This document shows, in pieces, positions 8,956 to 17,868 of a stretch of DNA of 32,000 nt (position 1 is its first letter; every line of letters starts with the position of its first letter). The stretch covers positions 840,001-872,000 of the forward strand of contig NZ_CP006867.1 of assembly GCF_001481685.1 (NCBI RefSeq), written 5' to 3'. A program made the translations under genes and the position numbers. The DNA comes from Ignicoccus islandicus DSM 13165. Lineage in GTDB: Archaea > Thermoproteota > Thermoprotei_A > Sulfolobales > Ignicoccaceae. Under the pieces are notes generated by a model, which saw only the letters and a list, made by a program, of their open reading frames with translations, had not been told where the DNA came from and did no database searches.

Positions 8956-10029
8956 TTAGAAGGCTTCGAACCTCAGCAAACCAACCACGTCTCCGAACGC
9001 CCTCAACCTCTCGCCAGCCTCAGTATCTCTGGGAACTATTATCACTTCAGCTCTCGTCTTCTCCGCGTTTTCTATGGTTTGGATCGCTTTCTCTCTTATC
9101 TCGTCGTTCTCATGATGAAGTAATCGATCGGATATGACTAGCTTCTCGATAGCACCCATTACGGAGGCGTTGAGGCAATCCTCTAGGCCGTAGCATACGT
9201 CCCTCCTATCCTTCGCTATTCTTTTGATCGCTTCTTCAATTACTTCGAGCGCCTTAACGCTTTCCAAGTCCTTTATTACATCGCCTAACGACCCCTTCTT
9301 AATAGCCTCTAGAACTCCTACCCTATCGCCGCTCGAAACGGTATCTACCTTTACGTTTAGACCCATTGCCCTTAACTCGTCTGCAACCCTTTCCTTAAAG
9401 AAGCCTGGACCAACAACGACTACGTTCTGAATACCTCTCTTGTTTAGCTCTTCCAGTACCTTCTTGGCTAGTTCCTTTACGTTTGCCTTTACTATAGCTT
9501 CTCTGTTCTCGTCTAGCTTACCGGGTATCTGCATAGAACCCTCTAGGACCCATTCGATGCCTTGCCCCCTCACTATTGCTAGCGCGTAGTCGTCCGTATC
9601 AACGCTTAAGACAGCTACCTTCGGTTTCTTCATTGACGCTGCTTTCACTTTCCTTACGATGTCTTCGGACCCGTTTTCCCTTATTATTGTAAGTTCCTTT
9701 CCAGGATAAGCCCTTATTGCGTGTGAAGAACCCTTCAATCCGAACCTATCTGGTCCCTCTACTACAGTCCCCCTAATTCTCAATACTTGGGCGAACGGTT
9801 GGAATTCTATATCGCTTACCTTAATGGTGAGGGTCATCGGAATTTTCTCTTTAGAACCACCTTTAGCTATGCTTCTAACAGTCTTCGCTCTGACGAGGTC
9901 GCCTTTCCTTAAGATGGTGTATAACGTCCAGAGGTCCTCCTCGTCCTCCACCCTCAGTTTCACTTCTCCTTTACTCGGATTGACCTCCAGTAGTTTCAAT
10001 TTCCACCCAACCGAGTTAACGTTCAACAA
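8956..10029 (-). CDS. pelA: Pelota (Dom34 homolog), mRNA surveillance / ribosome rescue factor
   Basis: 357 aa. N-terminal Sm-like region with EDEEDLWTLYTIL, an eRF1-like central domain and a C-terminal domain. Confidence 0.9.
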   Translation of the reverse strand: MLNVNSVGWKLKLLEVNPSKGEVKLRVEDEEDLWTLYTILRKGDLVRAKTVRSIAKGGSKEKIPMTLTIKVSDIEFQPFAQVLRIRGTVVEGPDRFGLKGSSHAIRAYPGKELTIIRENGSEDIVRKVKAASMKKPKVAVLSVDTDDYALAIVRGQGIEWVLEGSMQIPGKLDENREAIVKANVKELAKKVLEELNKRGIQNVVVVGPGFFKERVADELRAMGLNVKVDTVSSGDRVGVLEAIKKGSLGDVIKDLESVKALEVIEEAIKRIAKDRRDVCYGLEDCLNASVMGAIEKLVISDRLLHHENDEIREKAIQTIENAEKTRAEVIIVPRDTEAGERLRAFGDVVGLLRFEAF

Positions 10030-10037
10030 GGTTTAAA

Positions 10038-11390
10038 TCAAATAGGAGATAAGTTTAGCGTAGTTAGGGTCGGCCCACCTCCCACGCTCACTGGGACCCC
10101 TTGACCCCATTTACCGCAAGTGCCTGGCCTCAGATCCATTTCCTTCCCAACGGCCTTAACCTCTTTTAGCATCACTAGAACGTTCCCGGCTATGCCCATC
10201 GGCTTCAGGGGATACTTCTCTTCACCGTTCTCTACGTACCACGCCTCTTGGCTCATGAAGAAGAACGTACCGTCGTTCTCGGCGTTACCTCCCGAGGTAT
10301 CGTATATTACGACTCCCCTTCTCAGCTCTCTCATCAGCTCGTCCTTACTCCAATCTCCCGGCTTTACGTAGGTTACTCTCATCCTAGGAATTACTCTATG
10401 AAGTGGACTCTCGTGCCTGCCGTTGCCGGTGAGCGGTAAGTTCAGTTCGGCTGCATACGCTCTATCGGTTAAGAAACCGTTCACTACCCCGTTCTTAACT
10501 ATTTCCACGTCCACGGGTTTCACGCCTTCGTCGTCGTAGAATATCGATCCCCATTCGATACCGCTTCCGGGCGAATCAATTACAGTAACGTACTCCGGCG
10601 CTATTTTCTCACCTTTCTTGAGCGGCGAACCGGCTTTGACGTGATCGGCCTCTGACATGTGGCCCAGCGCCTCGTGAACCATAACTCCTATTGCCGGAGG
10701 TAGGAGGAGCACCTCCCATCTTCCCGGCTCTATTCCCTTGCCCCGAAGTTGATTCTCCGCTTTTCGGACGGCCTTCTTGACTACGGAGACGGGGTCCGTC
10801 ACGTATCCCTCTCTCGAACCTTCGCTCCAGTAACCGCTTCCCCTCTGCCCCCCTTCTTCCAAAGTTACCATTGAAGAGTGAATTGAGTAACTTAATCTCT
10901 GAATTATTTCGCTCCCTTCGCTAGAGGAATAGAGTTTGTAACCGTATACTTCTCGGTATGCAGCAATAACGGAGCCCTTGGCCAGTTTAACCATCTCCTT
11001 GACGTCCCTTACTTTCCTTTCAAGCTCCACGTCCCAAGGAGGAACCTTGAGTTTTTGCGATACTCTATCCACGATCGGCTTAGTTTCTGCAAGCGGTCTT
11101 TCACCTAGAACTTTGTAAGACTTAATGGCTACCTCTAAGGAATCCAACGCCTTCCTTGGATCGTTAGTGTAAGCTAGACCGCTTCCGTTAACCCTAATTC
11201 CTAGGGTCCATTTAGAGTTCTTATTTAGGGTTAATTCTTCTCTAGAAGAGCTTATAGTGAGGGAAACCAGAGAGGTTACGAAAACTTCCGTCTTTACCCC
11301 TCTCTTCCACCCCTCTTCTATGACCTTTCTCGCTACTTCTAACGTTTCCCCTTCACTGGGCAGGGTTGTAGGTAAGTTCCAACTCACCAT
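10038..11390 (-). CDS. tldD: TldD/PmbA-family metalloprotease (TldD-type, HExxxH present)
   Basis: 450 aa. HEALGH zinc motif, C-terminal GxC...G pattern (PGTCGKWGQGVPV) typical of TldD. Confidence 0.85.
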   Translation of the reverse strand: MVSWNLPTTLPSEGETLEVARKVIEEGWKRGVKTEVFVTSLVSLTISSSREELTLNKNSKWTLGIRVNGSGLAYTNDPRKALDSLEVAIKSYKVLGERPLAETKPIVDRVSQKLKVPPWDVELERKVRDVKEMVKLAKGSVIAAYREVYGYKLYSSSEGSEIIQRLSYSIHSSMVTLEEGGQRGSGYWSEGSREGYVTDPVSVVKKAVRKAENQLRGKGIEPGRWEVLLLPPAIGVMVHEALGHMSEADHVKAGSPLKKGEKIAPEYVTVIDSPGSGIEWGSIFYDDEGVKPVDVEIVKNGVVNGFLTDRAYAAELNLPLTGNGRHESPLHRVIPRMRVTYVKPGDWSKDELMRELRRGVVIYDTSGGNAENDGTFFFMSQEAWYVENGEEKYPLKPMGIAGNVLVMLKEVKAVGKEMDLRPGTCGKWGQGVPVSVGGGPTLTTLNLSPI

Positions 11391-11790
11391 CTTTCTTCAC
11401 CACTACCACTGTCCCCTCTACTTCCTTGTAGTTACATTTCCTGCAATACCATTCGTACGTCACGCGGAACCCTTCCCTCATGCCTTCCGTGATCAATCTC
11501 AACTCAAGGGGAGCTTTCTTACACCTCTTACACAGCCTGCTCCCCCATTCAATGACCAAACCCACGTCCGAATCCACAACGACGTTCCCGCTCTTACCTT
11601 CGAACTCCTTCTCCTTATGTAATTCAATTATGAGAAAACCTCTGGGCTTCAGTGAGTATTCCTTCGAAACGTCTTGATCCTCCAATCTTACCCTTATCTT
11701 CGCTGGGGTCTCATTGGGGTTAGTTATTATTATGTAATACTCACTGCCATCGAAGTACCCCAGTACCTTCTTCGACGTCCACGAGGTCAA
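11353..11790 (-). CDS. Hypothetical protein: N-terminal beta-sandwich-like region plus a C-terminal CxxC...CxxC zinc ribbon
   Basis: 145 aa with a TTG start. CKRCKK ... CRKCNY. The 3' end overlaps the tldD start by 38 nt. The start codon is uncertain. Confidence 0.45.
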   Translation of the reverse strand: MTSWTSKKVLGYFDGSEYYIIITNPNETPAKIRVRLEDQDVSKEYSLKPRGFLIIELHKEKEFEGKSGNVVVDSDVGLVIEWGSRLCKRCKKAPLELRLITEGMREGFRVTYEWYCRKCNYKEVEGTVVVVKKDGELELTYNPAQ

Positions 11791-11842
11791 CTCTATCTTC
11801 CTCGAAGCCCAATGGAAAGTTCTTCATTTAAACCTATCACCT

Positions 11843-12241
11843 ATGCGAAAGCTCTTCAGATCCCTTTGCGAAACCCTCCTCCGGAGCTGGAAATTGATAG
11901 TAAAGAGCGAGAAGGAGTACGAAGAGCTCAAATCGAAAGGAGTTACTGCTTTCGTTTTCACGGTGGACTGGATAGAAGAAAGCAAGAGGTTGTACGAGAA
12001 GCTCGTTCAAGGCTTAACCCACATAAATTGTAAGGTCGTAGAAGTAGACGTGAGTTTAACTCCATCGATAATGGAGAAGGAAAACGTTGTCCATATTCCA
12101 ACGGTTATAGTATACATTGATGGAAAGGAAGTAATACGCCAAGAAGGCAGCACGGGCAACGCCTTCGTTGACATGGATCACTTGAGGAGGGCCCTCAAAG
12201 AGTCAATGAAGAAGAGAGGCATACCTTTAAGGGAGACGTGA
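11843..12241 (+). CDS. Thioredoxin-fold protein lacking the CxxC active site
   Basis: 132 aa. FVFTVDWIEESKRL occupies the position of the FxAxWCGPCK motif. The downstream IPTVIVYIDGKEV matches the cis-Pro/beta-strand region of thioredoxins. Confidence 0.5.
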   Translation: MRKLFRSLCETLLRSWKLIVKSEKEYEELKSKGVTAFVFTVDWIEESKRLYEKLVQGLTHINCKVVEVDVSLTPSIMEKENVVHIPTVIVYIDGKEVIRQEGSTGNAFVDMDHLRRALKESMKKRGIPLRET

Positions 12242-12266
12242 CGGAATAGCGGGGTGCGAAAAAGCC

Positions 12267-13217
12267 TTGAAGAAGGCGTTACTGGTTTCCATCTCTTTGT
12301 TCTTTTTAAGTTATGCTGCTTGCTTAAACGTTACCCATAATGCCGTCATACTCGTTGACGATAACGTTCTCAAGATCTACCCTAAGTTGCAAGCTGGTCA
12401 AGTTCTGAAGAACGACGTCTTGGTTGAAAGAGTTGAAAAATACCTACCGGGATACGAAGGCTGGCTACCCTCGGCGCTCGTTAAAGTAAGTGAAGATAAG
12501 ATCCCCTTGTGTAAGATGAACAACTTTAAGGTGTACCGAAATTGCACTGGTGTGCCTTACTGCTTAGTTCCAATAAACCAAGTGCCGATATTCGTTTACC
12601 ACGGTAACTTTACTGAGAAGTTGAACGAGGTATTCTCCGGAGAAATAAGAGGTATGGGTAACCCTAACTCCAGGTTATGGGTAATAGAGCTCCTCGATCC
12701 CTTCTGTCCTTACTGCGCTCTGTTCTATACTCAAGGAGGAGGTAAGTACCTAGAGGAACTAGTTAAGTCCAATAAGGTATATTTCGTTGTAGTAATGGTT
12801 GCCTTCCATAATAACGCCAAGGGCTACGTACAGAGCTTGGAGCTCGCTTACGTGCAACAAGGTTACGCTAACTCAAACCAAACTGATAGGTTCTTCGAGT
12901 TGGAAAAGGAGATCGTGTCCAACTTAAGGGACCTAGTTGAAGGAAAACTCGAGTTAGTAAACGTTTTAGACGTAATGAAGGGCCCTATGAGTTTAACTAA
13001 GGAGTCTCAAAGGAAACTCAACGAAGTACTTCAAGAACTGGAGAGATGGAATAGAGAGCAACTCACCAAAGCGAGCCAAATATTTCCAGCAATAGCTACT
13101 CCGGCGACGATATTCCTTGACAAGGACACGGGCAAGGCAGTAGCTATAATGGGAGCCCAGAGCAAGGAGGGAATAATCAACGTGCTGAAGGCCTTGGGAT
13201 TGCCCTTACCTCAGTAA
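12267..13217 (+). CDS. Exported or membrane-anchored DsbA-like thiol:disulfide oxidoreductase (CPYC active site)
   Basis: 316 aa with a TTG start. N-terminal hydrophobic signal/anchor MKKALLVSISLFFLSYAAC, and LLDPFCPYCALFY in DsbA-like context. Confidence 0.6.
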   Translation: MKKALLVSISLFFLSYAACLNVTHNAVILVDDNVLKIYPKLQAGQVLKNDVLVERVEKYLPGYEGWLPSALVKVSEDKIPLCKMNNFKVYRNCTGVPYCLVPINQVPIFVYHGNFTEKLNEVFSGEIRGMGNPNSRLWVIELLDPFCPYCALFYTQGGGKYLEELVKSNKVYFVVVMVAFHNNAKGYVQSLELAYVQQGYANSNQTDRFFELEKEIVSNLRDLVEGKLELVNVLDVMKGPMSLTKESQRKLNEVLQELERWNREQLTKASQIFPAIATPATIFLDKDTGKAVAIMGAQSKEGIINVLKALGLPLPQ

Positions 13218-14792
13218 TTTTTCCAGATAGTAATAGTATATGGGTGAAGGTTCTAAGGGTCTACTCTTGTATTCGGGATGGTACTGAACTCCTATGAAGA
13301 GCTGGTTCTCTAGCTCTATTCCCTCAGGTATAACCATGTTTTCGTCCCAAGCGGAGACCTTCAAGCCAACTGCCTCAAGCTTGTCTATGTACTCGGGGTT
13401 CAAGTCGTACCTATGCCTATGTCTTTCGTAAACCTCATCCCTTCCATATGCTTCCCATAACTTAGTACCCTTTACTAGCTTGACCTTCCTCGCTCCTAGC
13501 CTAAGCGTTCCTCCGAGGTACTTTAGATACCTTTGATCCTCAAGGAGCTTAACTACTAAGTGAGGCGCATCGGGATCTATTTCTTCGCTATGAGCCCCTT
13601 CCAAGCCAGCTAAGTTTCGAGCCACTTCCACGGCCATCATTTGCATTCCGAAACATATTCCCAGAACTCCCTTACCTCGTTCCCTCAATTCCTTTATCAT
13701 TGCTATTTTCCCTTCAGCTCCCCTTGCCCCGAAGCCTGGTAACACAATGCCCCCGACGACCTCTTCAGCTATTTCGCTGGCGTTCAACTTGCCTTTCTCT
13801 ACTTTTTCCGAATCGACCCATACTAACTTCGGTCTAATGCCTATGTAGGCTGAAGCGTGATTCAAGGCCTCTATTATACTGATGTAACTATCCTTAAGCT
13901 TAACGTACTTGCCTATCATAGCAATGGGAGGTCCTTCCTCGGCGTTCCTAAGTTTTGAGACGAACTCTTCCCATTTGCTTAGATCGGGGTTCTTGTAGGG
14001 TAACTCTAATATTTTGGTTAAGTACTTGTCGTATCCTTGCTCCTTAAGTATTAAGGGCACTTCGTAAATCAAGCCCACGTCGTGGTCGGAGAACACGGCT
14101 TCGCGCGGAACGTTGGAGTAGAGCGCTATCTTGTTCGCCGCTTCAGGCTCAAGGGGCTTCTCTGATCTGGCTATTATTACGTGAGGCTGTATACCTATCC
14201 TCCTGAGTTCTTGAACCGAGTGCTGTAACGGTTTGGTTTTCTGCTCTCCCGTAGTCTTTAGGACCGGAACTAGCGCAACGTGGACGAACGCTACCTTGCC
14301 GTAATTCTCTATCCACATCTCCCTCGCTGCTTCTAGGAAAGGCAAGCTCTCGATGTCTCCAACGGTACCTCCTATCTCTATTACTGCAATATCGTAGTCT
14401 CTACTGACCTCCCTTATTCTGTTCTTTATCTCGTTAGTTACGTGGGGAATAATTTGAACGGTTTGGCCTAAGTACTCCCCTCTCCTTTCCTTCTCAATAA
14501 CTGATAGGTATATCTTACCCGTAGTTACGTTGTTGTTCTTGCTTAGGTTTTGATTTAAGAAGCGCTCGTAGTGACCGAGGTCTAAGTCCGTTTCGCCCCC
14601 ATCCTCTGTAACGAACACCTCTCCGTGGGCGAACGGATTCATCGTGCTTGCGTCTACATTAACGTAAGGATCTATCTTAATTGCAGTAACGCTGTAGCCC
14701 ATACTCTTAAATAGGAGCGCCGTAGAGGCCGTAACGATTCCTTTGCCTAGGCTAGAGAGAACCCCTCCGGTTACGAACACATAGTTCGTCAA
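13206..14792 (-). CDS. pyrG: CTP synthase (glutamine-hydrolysing)
   Basis: 528 aa. N-terminal YVFVTGGVLSSLGKGI, a GATase domain with GICFGMQ and HRHRY. TTG start preceded by AGGTGA. Confidence 0.97.
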   Translation of the reverse strand: MTNYVFVTGGVLSSLGKGIVTASTALLFKSMGYSVTAIKIDPYVNVDASTMNPFAHGEVFVTEDGGETDLDLGHYERFLNQNLSKNNNVTTGKIYLSVIEKERRGEYLGQTVQIIPHVTNEIKNRIREVSRDYDIAVIEIGGTVGDIESLPFLEAAREMWIENYGKVAFVHVALVPVLKTTGEQKTKPLQHSVQELRRIGIQPHVIIARSEKPLEPEAANKIALYSNVPREAVFSDHDVGLIYEVPLILKEQGYDKYLTKILELPYKNPDLSKWEEFVSKLRNAEEGPPIAMIGKYVKLKDSYISIIEALNHASAYIGIRPKLVWVDSEKVEKGKLNASEIAEEVVGGIVLPGFGARGAEGKIAMIKELRERGKGVLGICFGMQMMAVEVARNLAGLEGAHSEEIDPDAPHLVVKLLEDQRYLKYLGGTLRLGARKVKLVKGTKLWEAYGRDEVYERHRHRYDLNPEYIDKLEAVGLKVSAWDENMVIPEGIELENQLFIGVQYHPEYKSRPLEPSPIYYYYLEKLLR

Positions 14793-14870
14793 CGTTACTC
14801 ACCTTCCTACGATAGCTTACTTATATGTGATTTAAAGAAGGCTCTTCGCTGATTGCAATGGAGAGGGGTT

Positions 14871-14987
14871 ATGGAAGACGGTAAGTGGTTAGCGAGTTTA
14901 CTCATGTGGATATACTATCTCTCTATGTGGATAATAGTCATTTACTTAATCTATAGGGTCTACGTTTGGGCCACACAAGTCATTTAG
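14871..14987 (+). CDS. Candidate 38-aa single-pass membrane micro-protein (MEDGKWLASLLMWIYYLSMWIIVIYLIYRVYVWATQVI)
   Basis: Found by eye in the 191-nt pyrG/ipk spacer and not present in the ORF track. ATG preceded by GAGGGG (4-nt spacing), with TTATATG/TTTAAAG elements 35-50 nt upstream. There is no homology evidence. Confidence 0.25.
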   Translation: MEDGKWLASLLMWIYYLSMWIIVIYLIYRVYVWATQVI

Positions 14988-15697
14988 CAAGGACATACCA
15001 ACGTTCCGACGTCTTCGCCGTACAGAGCTTTTTCAACGTTCTCGGGAACTAATCCATTAAATATCCTCGCACAGATCGTTGGCGGTAATTTGTTTATTTC
15101 CTCTAATTTCTTCTTCATACCTCCAGTTACGTCAATGGAATCGCTCTCCTTCGCCGAAACTTCGCAAGCCTTAACGTACTTCAGAGGCTTGCCTTGGGGC
15201 CACTCGTCGTATACCCCGTCTACGTCAGTGGCGAAGAGTAGGTAGTCAGCCCTGAGTTCCCGCGCTAGAGCTACAGCTATTTCGTCTCCCGAGAGGACCC
15301 TTCCGGGATACACTACGTTTCCTTGGAGTATCGGTATCCATCCGAGGCGGAGGGAGTCTAATATGGGTCTCACGAAGGGCCCCGAAGAACACCATATGGA
15401 ACTCGAGGAGTGAACGACGAAGTTTTCACCGAGCTCTCTTGCTACCCTTAAGCTCATCTCCAACATTAAGTTAACCACGTCCCAACCTTCCCTCCTTAAG
15501 TCGCTCCCTTTCTCAAGTATTTCCTTGACTTTAGGGTGCCCGAAGCTACCTCCTCCGTGAATTACTACCAAGGAATTGCCCTTGCGAACGAATTCTCTCA
15601 AAATCGGTCCTAGCTTCCTTAAGTAGTCCGCCCTGAGGGAGTAAGGTTCGTTTTTATTCGAGATAACGCTTCCTCCTATTTTAAGTACAACTAGCAA
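14984..15697 (-). CDS. ipk: Isopentenyl phosphate kinase (amino-acid-kinase fold, archaeal mevalonate pathway)
   Basis: 237 aa. VLKIGGSVISNKNEPYS, HGGGSFGHP, ATDVDGVY, SIDVTGGMKKK and FNG...ALYGEDVGT align closely with what I recall of characterised archaeal IPKs. TTG start. Confidence 0.9.
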   Translation of the reverse strand: MLVVLKIGGSVISNKNEPYSLRADYLRKLGPILREFVRKGNSLVVIHGGGSFGHPKVKEILEKGSDLRREGWDVVNLMLEMSLRVARELGENFVVHSSSSIWCSSGPFVRPILDSLRLGWIPILQGNVVYPGRVLSGDEIAVALARELRADYLLFATDVDGVYDEWPQGKPLKYVKACEVSAKESDSIDVTGGMKKKLEEINKLPPTICARIFNGLVPENVEKALYGEDVGTLVCPC

Positions 15698-15931
15698 GGG
15701 AATTCCTTACCTAGAGTTACGAGCGATTCTCGACTATAAATTGCAACGATTACTCCTCTTATTTATTCCGCATAACTGGAGTGCCTTCTAGATTGATCGC
15801 AGTTTCGACGTTCTACTATTAGCGCGTTGAAACGAAGGAGAACGCCAATGACGAGTTGAGGTCAAATCAAAGCGTATAATCTAAGAGCAAGAACGTTACT
15901 GTAAGGTGGGCGTTATTATTCTAGACCAGAT

Positions 15932-16915
15932 CTAAGCTTCGCTTAAGCTCTTCACTGACGCTCCGGAGTTATCGAATGGAGTTACGAGAAGGTTGAAACC
16001 ATTAAGTTCGATTTCAGATACTTTCTTCCTCACGTTCTCTCTCCTAGTAACTGAGTATATTGCTTGACCCATGCTGCTCAGTCCGCAGTTTCCGAAGACT
16101 CTCCTCATTTCGGTACAAGCTTCTTTAACCTCACTCGGCTGCAGTTCCCATTCTATTCTCTTGAACCCAACTTCTTGTATTGAGTTGATGCCTTTGGAGA
16201 ACCTCTCCAAGTTCCTTTCCACAACGCCACCCATAATCAACATATATGCAATTCTGATTGCCTTCGAACTTTCTTCCTCACGTATAGGCGTCCTCTCTTC
16301 AAATTCAGTCACTTCCCTTACCTCATCGTAAATCCCCTTCCGCTTATCGGGATAAGCTATCACTGCTATCCATTCCTCTGGAAGTTCCAAGCGAAGGTAC
16401 GGTGGAGGCGAAGCTCTCGATGCTCCAGAAGGCGAAGGTTTCTCTTTTACCTCTATTGAATGACCGAAGTCGGCAACGAACCCACCTTCCTCGAAGACGG
16501 CCACCCCTATGCCGCTGGTCCCGCCTCTACCCGTTAGTATAGCCAATTCCCTCGAGGAACAATTAATTCCATTTAATGAGCAGAGGGCTTTAGCGGAACT
16601 TAAGAGCAGTTGAGTAGTGGAACCGAAGCCCATGTGAGCCGGGGGAGTAGATCGTATCTCTAGTTCGCCCTTTAGGTTCAGTCCCTTCAACCTTTCGTAA
16701 ACTTCGTTGGCCCTGGGACCAATAACTTTGAAGTCCTCAGAGGGTCTCCCAACGACGACCGTTCGGGGTAGTTTGATGGCGAACCCTATTCCCCCATCTA
16801 GATACCCTAGGTTCCCAGTTAGGTCCAACAAGGAAACGTGTATTCGAGAAGGCGATGAGATCGCAATCAAATTAGTGAAACCCTTTAGATGGGGGTACCG
16901 AAAAGCTATTTTCAC
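15932..16915 (-). CDS. Beta-ribofuranosylaminobenzene 5'-phosphate (beta-RFAP) synthase family protein (GHMP-kinase-like fold)
   Basis: 327 aa. RIHVSLLDLTGNLGYLDGGIGFAI, HMGFGSTTQLLL and GRGGTSGIGVAVFEEGGFVADFGH match family hallmarks. Confidence 0.75.
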   Translation of the reverse strand: MKIAFRYPHLKGFTNLIAISSPSRIHVSLLDLTGNLGYLDGGIGFAIKLPRTVVVGRPSEDFKVIGPRANEVYERLKGLNLKGELEIRSTPPAHMGFGSTTQLLLSSAKALCSLNGINCSSRELAILTGRGGTSGIGVAVFEEGGFVADFGHSIEVKEKPSPSGASRASPPPYLRLELPEEWIAVIAYPDKRKGIYDEVREVTEFEERTPIREEESSKAIRIAYMLIMGGVVERNLERFSKGINSIQEVGFKRIEWELQPSEVKEACTEMRRVFGNCGLSSMGQAIYSVTRRENVRKKVSEIELNGFNLLVTPFDNSGASVKSLSEA

Positions 16916-17868
16916 TTAGTCTTGAACTGCGCAGGCGGAACGAATATCATTTGATCTAGGAACCTTTGTCCGTTCGATTGAAATACCTTCTTACCTTCGC
17001 TACTTAGAACGAACGAGAAGAACTCCAGGGCCTTATCCGGGTGGGGCGCACAGATAGGTATCGTCACGCCGTAAACTATAGCTTTCGCTTCAACCACTTT
17101 CTCTTTCGGAGTTGAAGCCATTAGGACTACCTTTACTCTCTTATAGTTTTCGTTATCTTTCGCCAAATTACAGCAATCTGGGAGCGGGAAGTACTTCAAC
17201 CCGTGCTGAACGGCCACGCTCTCGTATTCGAAAGCGACGTCTATGACTCCGACTTTTAATAGAGAAATGAGGTCGACGCTCTTGTCCCTTATAACGAAGT
17301 TGCCGGAGCTCCTTATCGAAGGATATACGTATATTGTAACGTCCCCGTTGCTTTTCTTAATTGAAACTCCGCTCAAACCACTTATTAAATCGAGAGCTCT
17401 TTGGTCAACGAATGATGCCAAGGCTAGAGCCATTAAGCTCCTATATCCTGCGGGATCCAAGTTCGGGTTGGAAATACCTATCTTAAGCTTACTTAATGCC
17501 CCTATCCAGTCCTTCTTAAGCGCCTCCCCCACCGAGTCCTTGGTGTACGCAATTACCATTCTATTTGTCGCGAATCCTACTACCCATTGATAGGGCATGA
17601 ACTTAGGAACGATGCTGTAATCAGCAACGAACAATAAGTCTGGACACCTATGAAGATCTACTATTTTCCTAACGGCCTCTACGGATCCACTGAACTCGAA
17701 GAGTACTTTCTCTCCTGTTAGTTTCTGGTAAATTAACGCCGTTTCCCTTAGCGGAACGGAGAGGGACCCAGCTGAGTAAACGGTTAGCGCGTAAGCAGCG
17801 CATAAAGTTAATAAGAGGGTCGCGATCCACTTCACGATTTTCCCCTTCCGAGCTAAGAGAGAGATCAT
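16912..17868 (-). CDS. wtpA: Tungstate/molybdate-type ABC substrate-binding protein (WtpA/ModA-like)
   Basis: 318 aa. N-terminal signal anchor, YSAGSL ... FEFSGSVEAVRKI ... PDLLFVADY and NPNLDPAGYR motifs typical of WtpA-like oxyanion binders. Confidence 0.7.
   Translation of the reverse strand: MISLLARKGKIVKWIATLLLTLCAAYALTVYSAGSLSVPLRETALIYQKLTGEKVLFEFSGSVEAVRKIVDLHRCPDLLFVADYSIVPKFMPYQWVVGFATNRMVIAYTKDSVGEALKKDWIGALSKLKIGISNPNLDPAGYRSLMALALASFVDQRALDLISGLSGVSIKKSNGDVTIYVYPSIRSSGNFVIRDKSVDLISLLKVGVIDVAFEYESVAVQHGLKYFPLPDCCNLAKDNENYKRVKVVLMASTPKEKVVEAKAIVYGVTIPICAPHPDKALEFFSFVLSSEGKKVFQSNGQRFLDQMIFVPPAQFKTK

Noticed and set aside
12267-12330. Possible lipobox (SYAAC) in the DsbA-like signal peptide, and LTLC in WtpA
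   Set aside because: Neither fits the L-[AS]-[GA]-C consensus well, and archaeal lipoprotein processing is uncertain. I therefore annotated these only as signal/anchor sequences.
15841-15914. Candidate C/D box sRNA: terminal stem AACGCC/GGCGTT, C-like AAUGACGA and D-like CUGU
   Set aside because: Both boxes deviate at positions needed for the K-turn (UGAcGA, CUGu). The D-like box is not adjacent to the stem. I found no internal D'/C' boxes, and the length is above the usual 50-60 nt. I kept it only as a low-interest note on the unexplained spacer.
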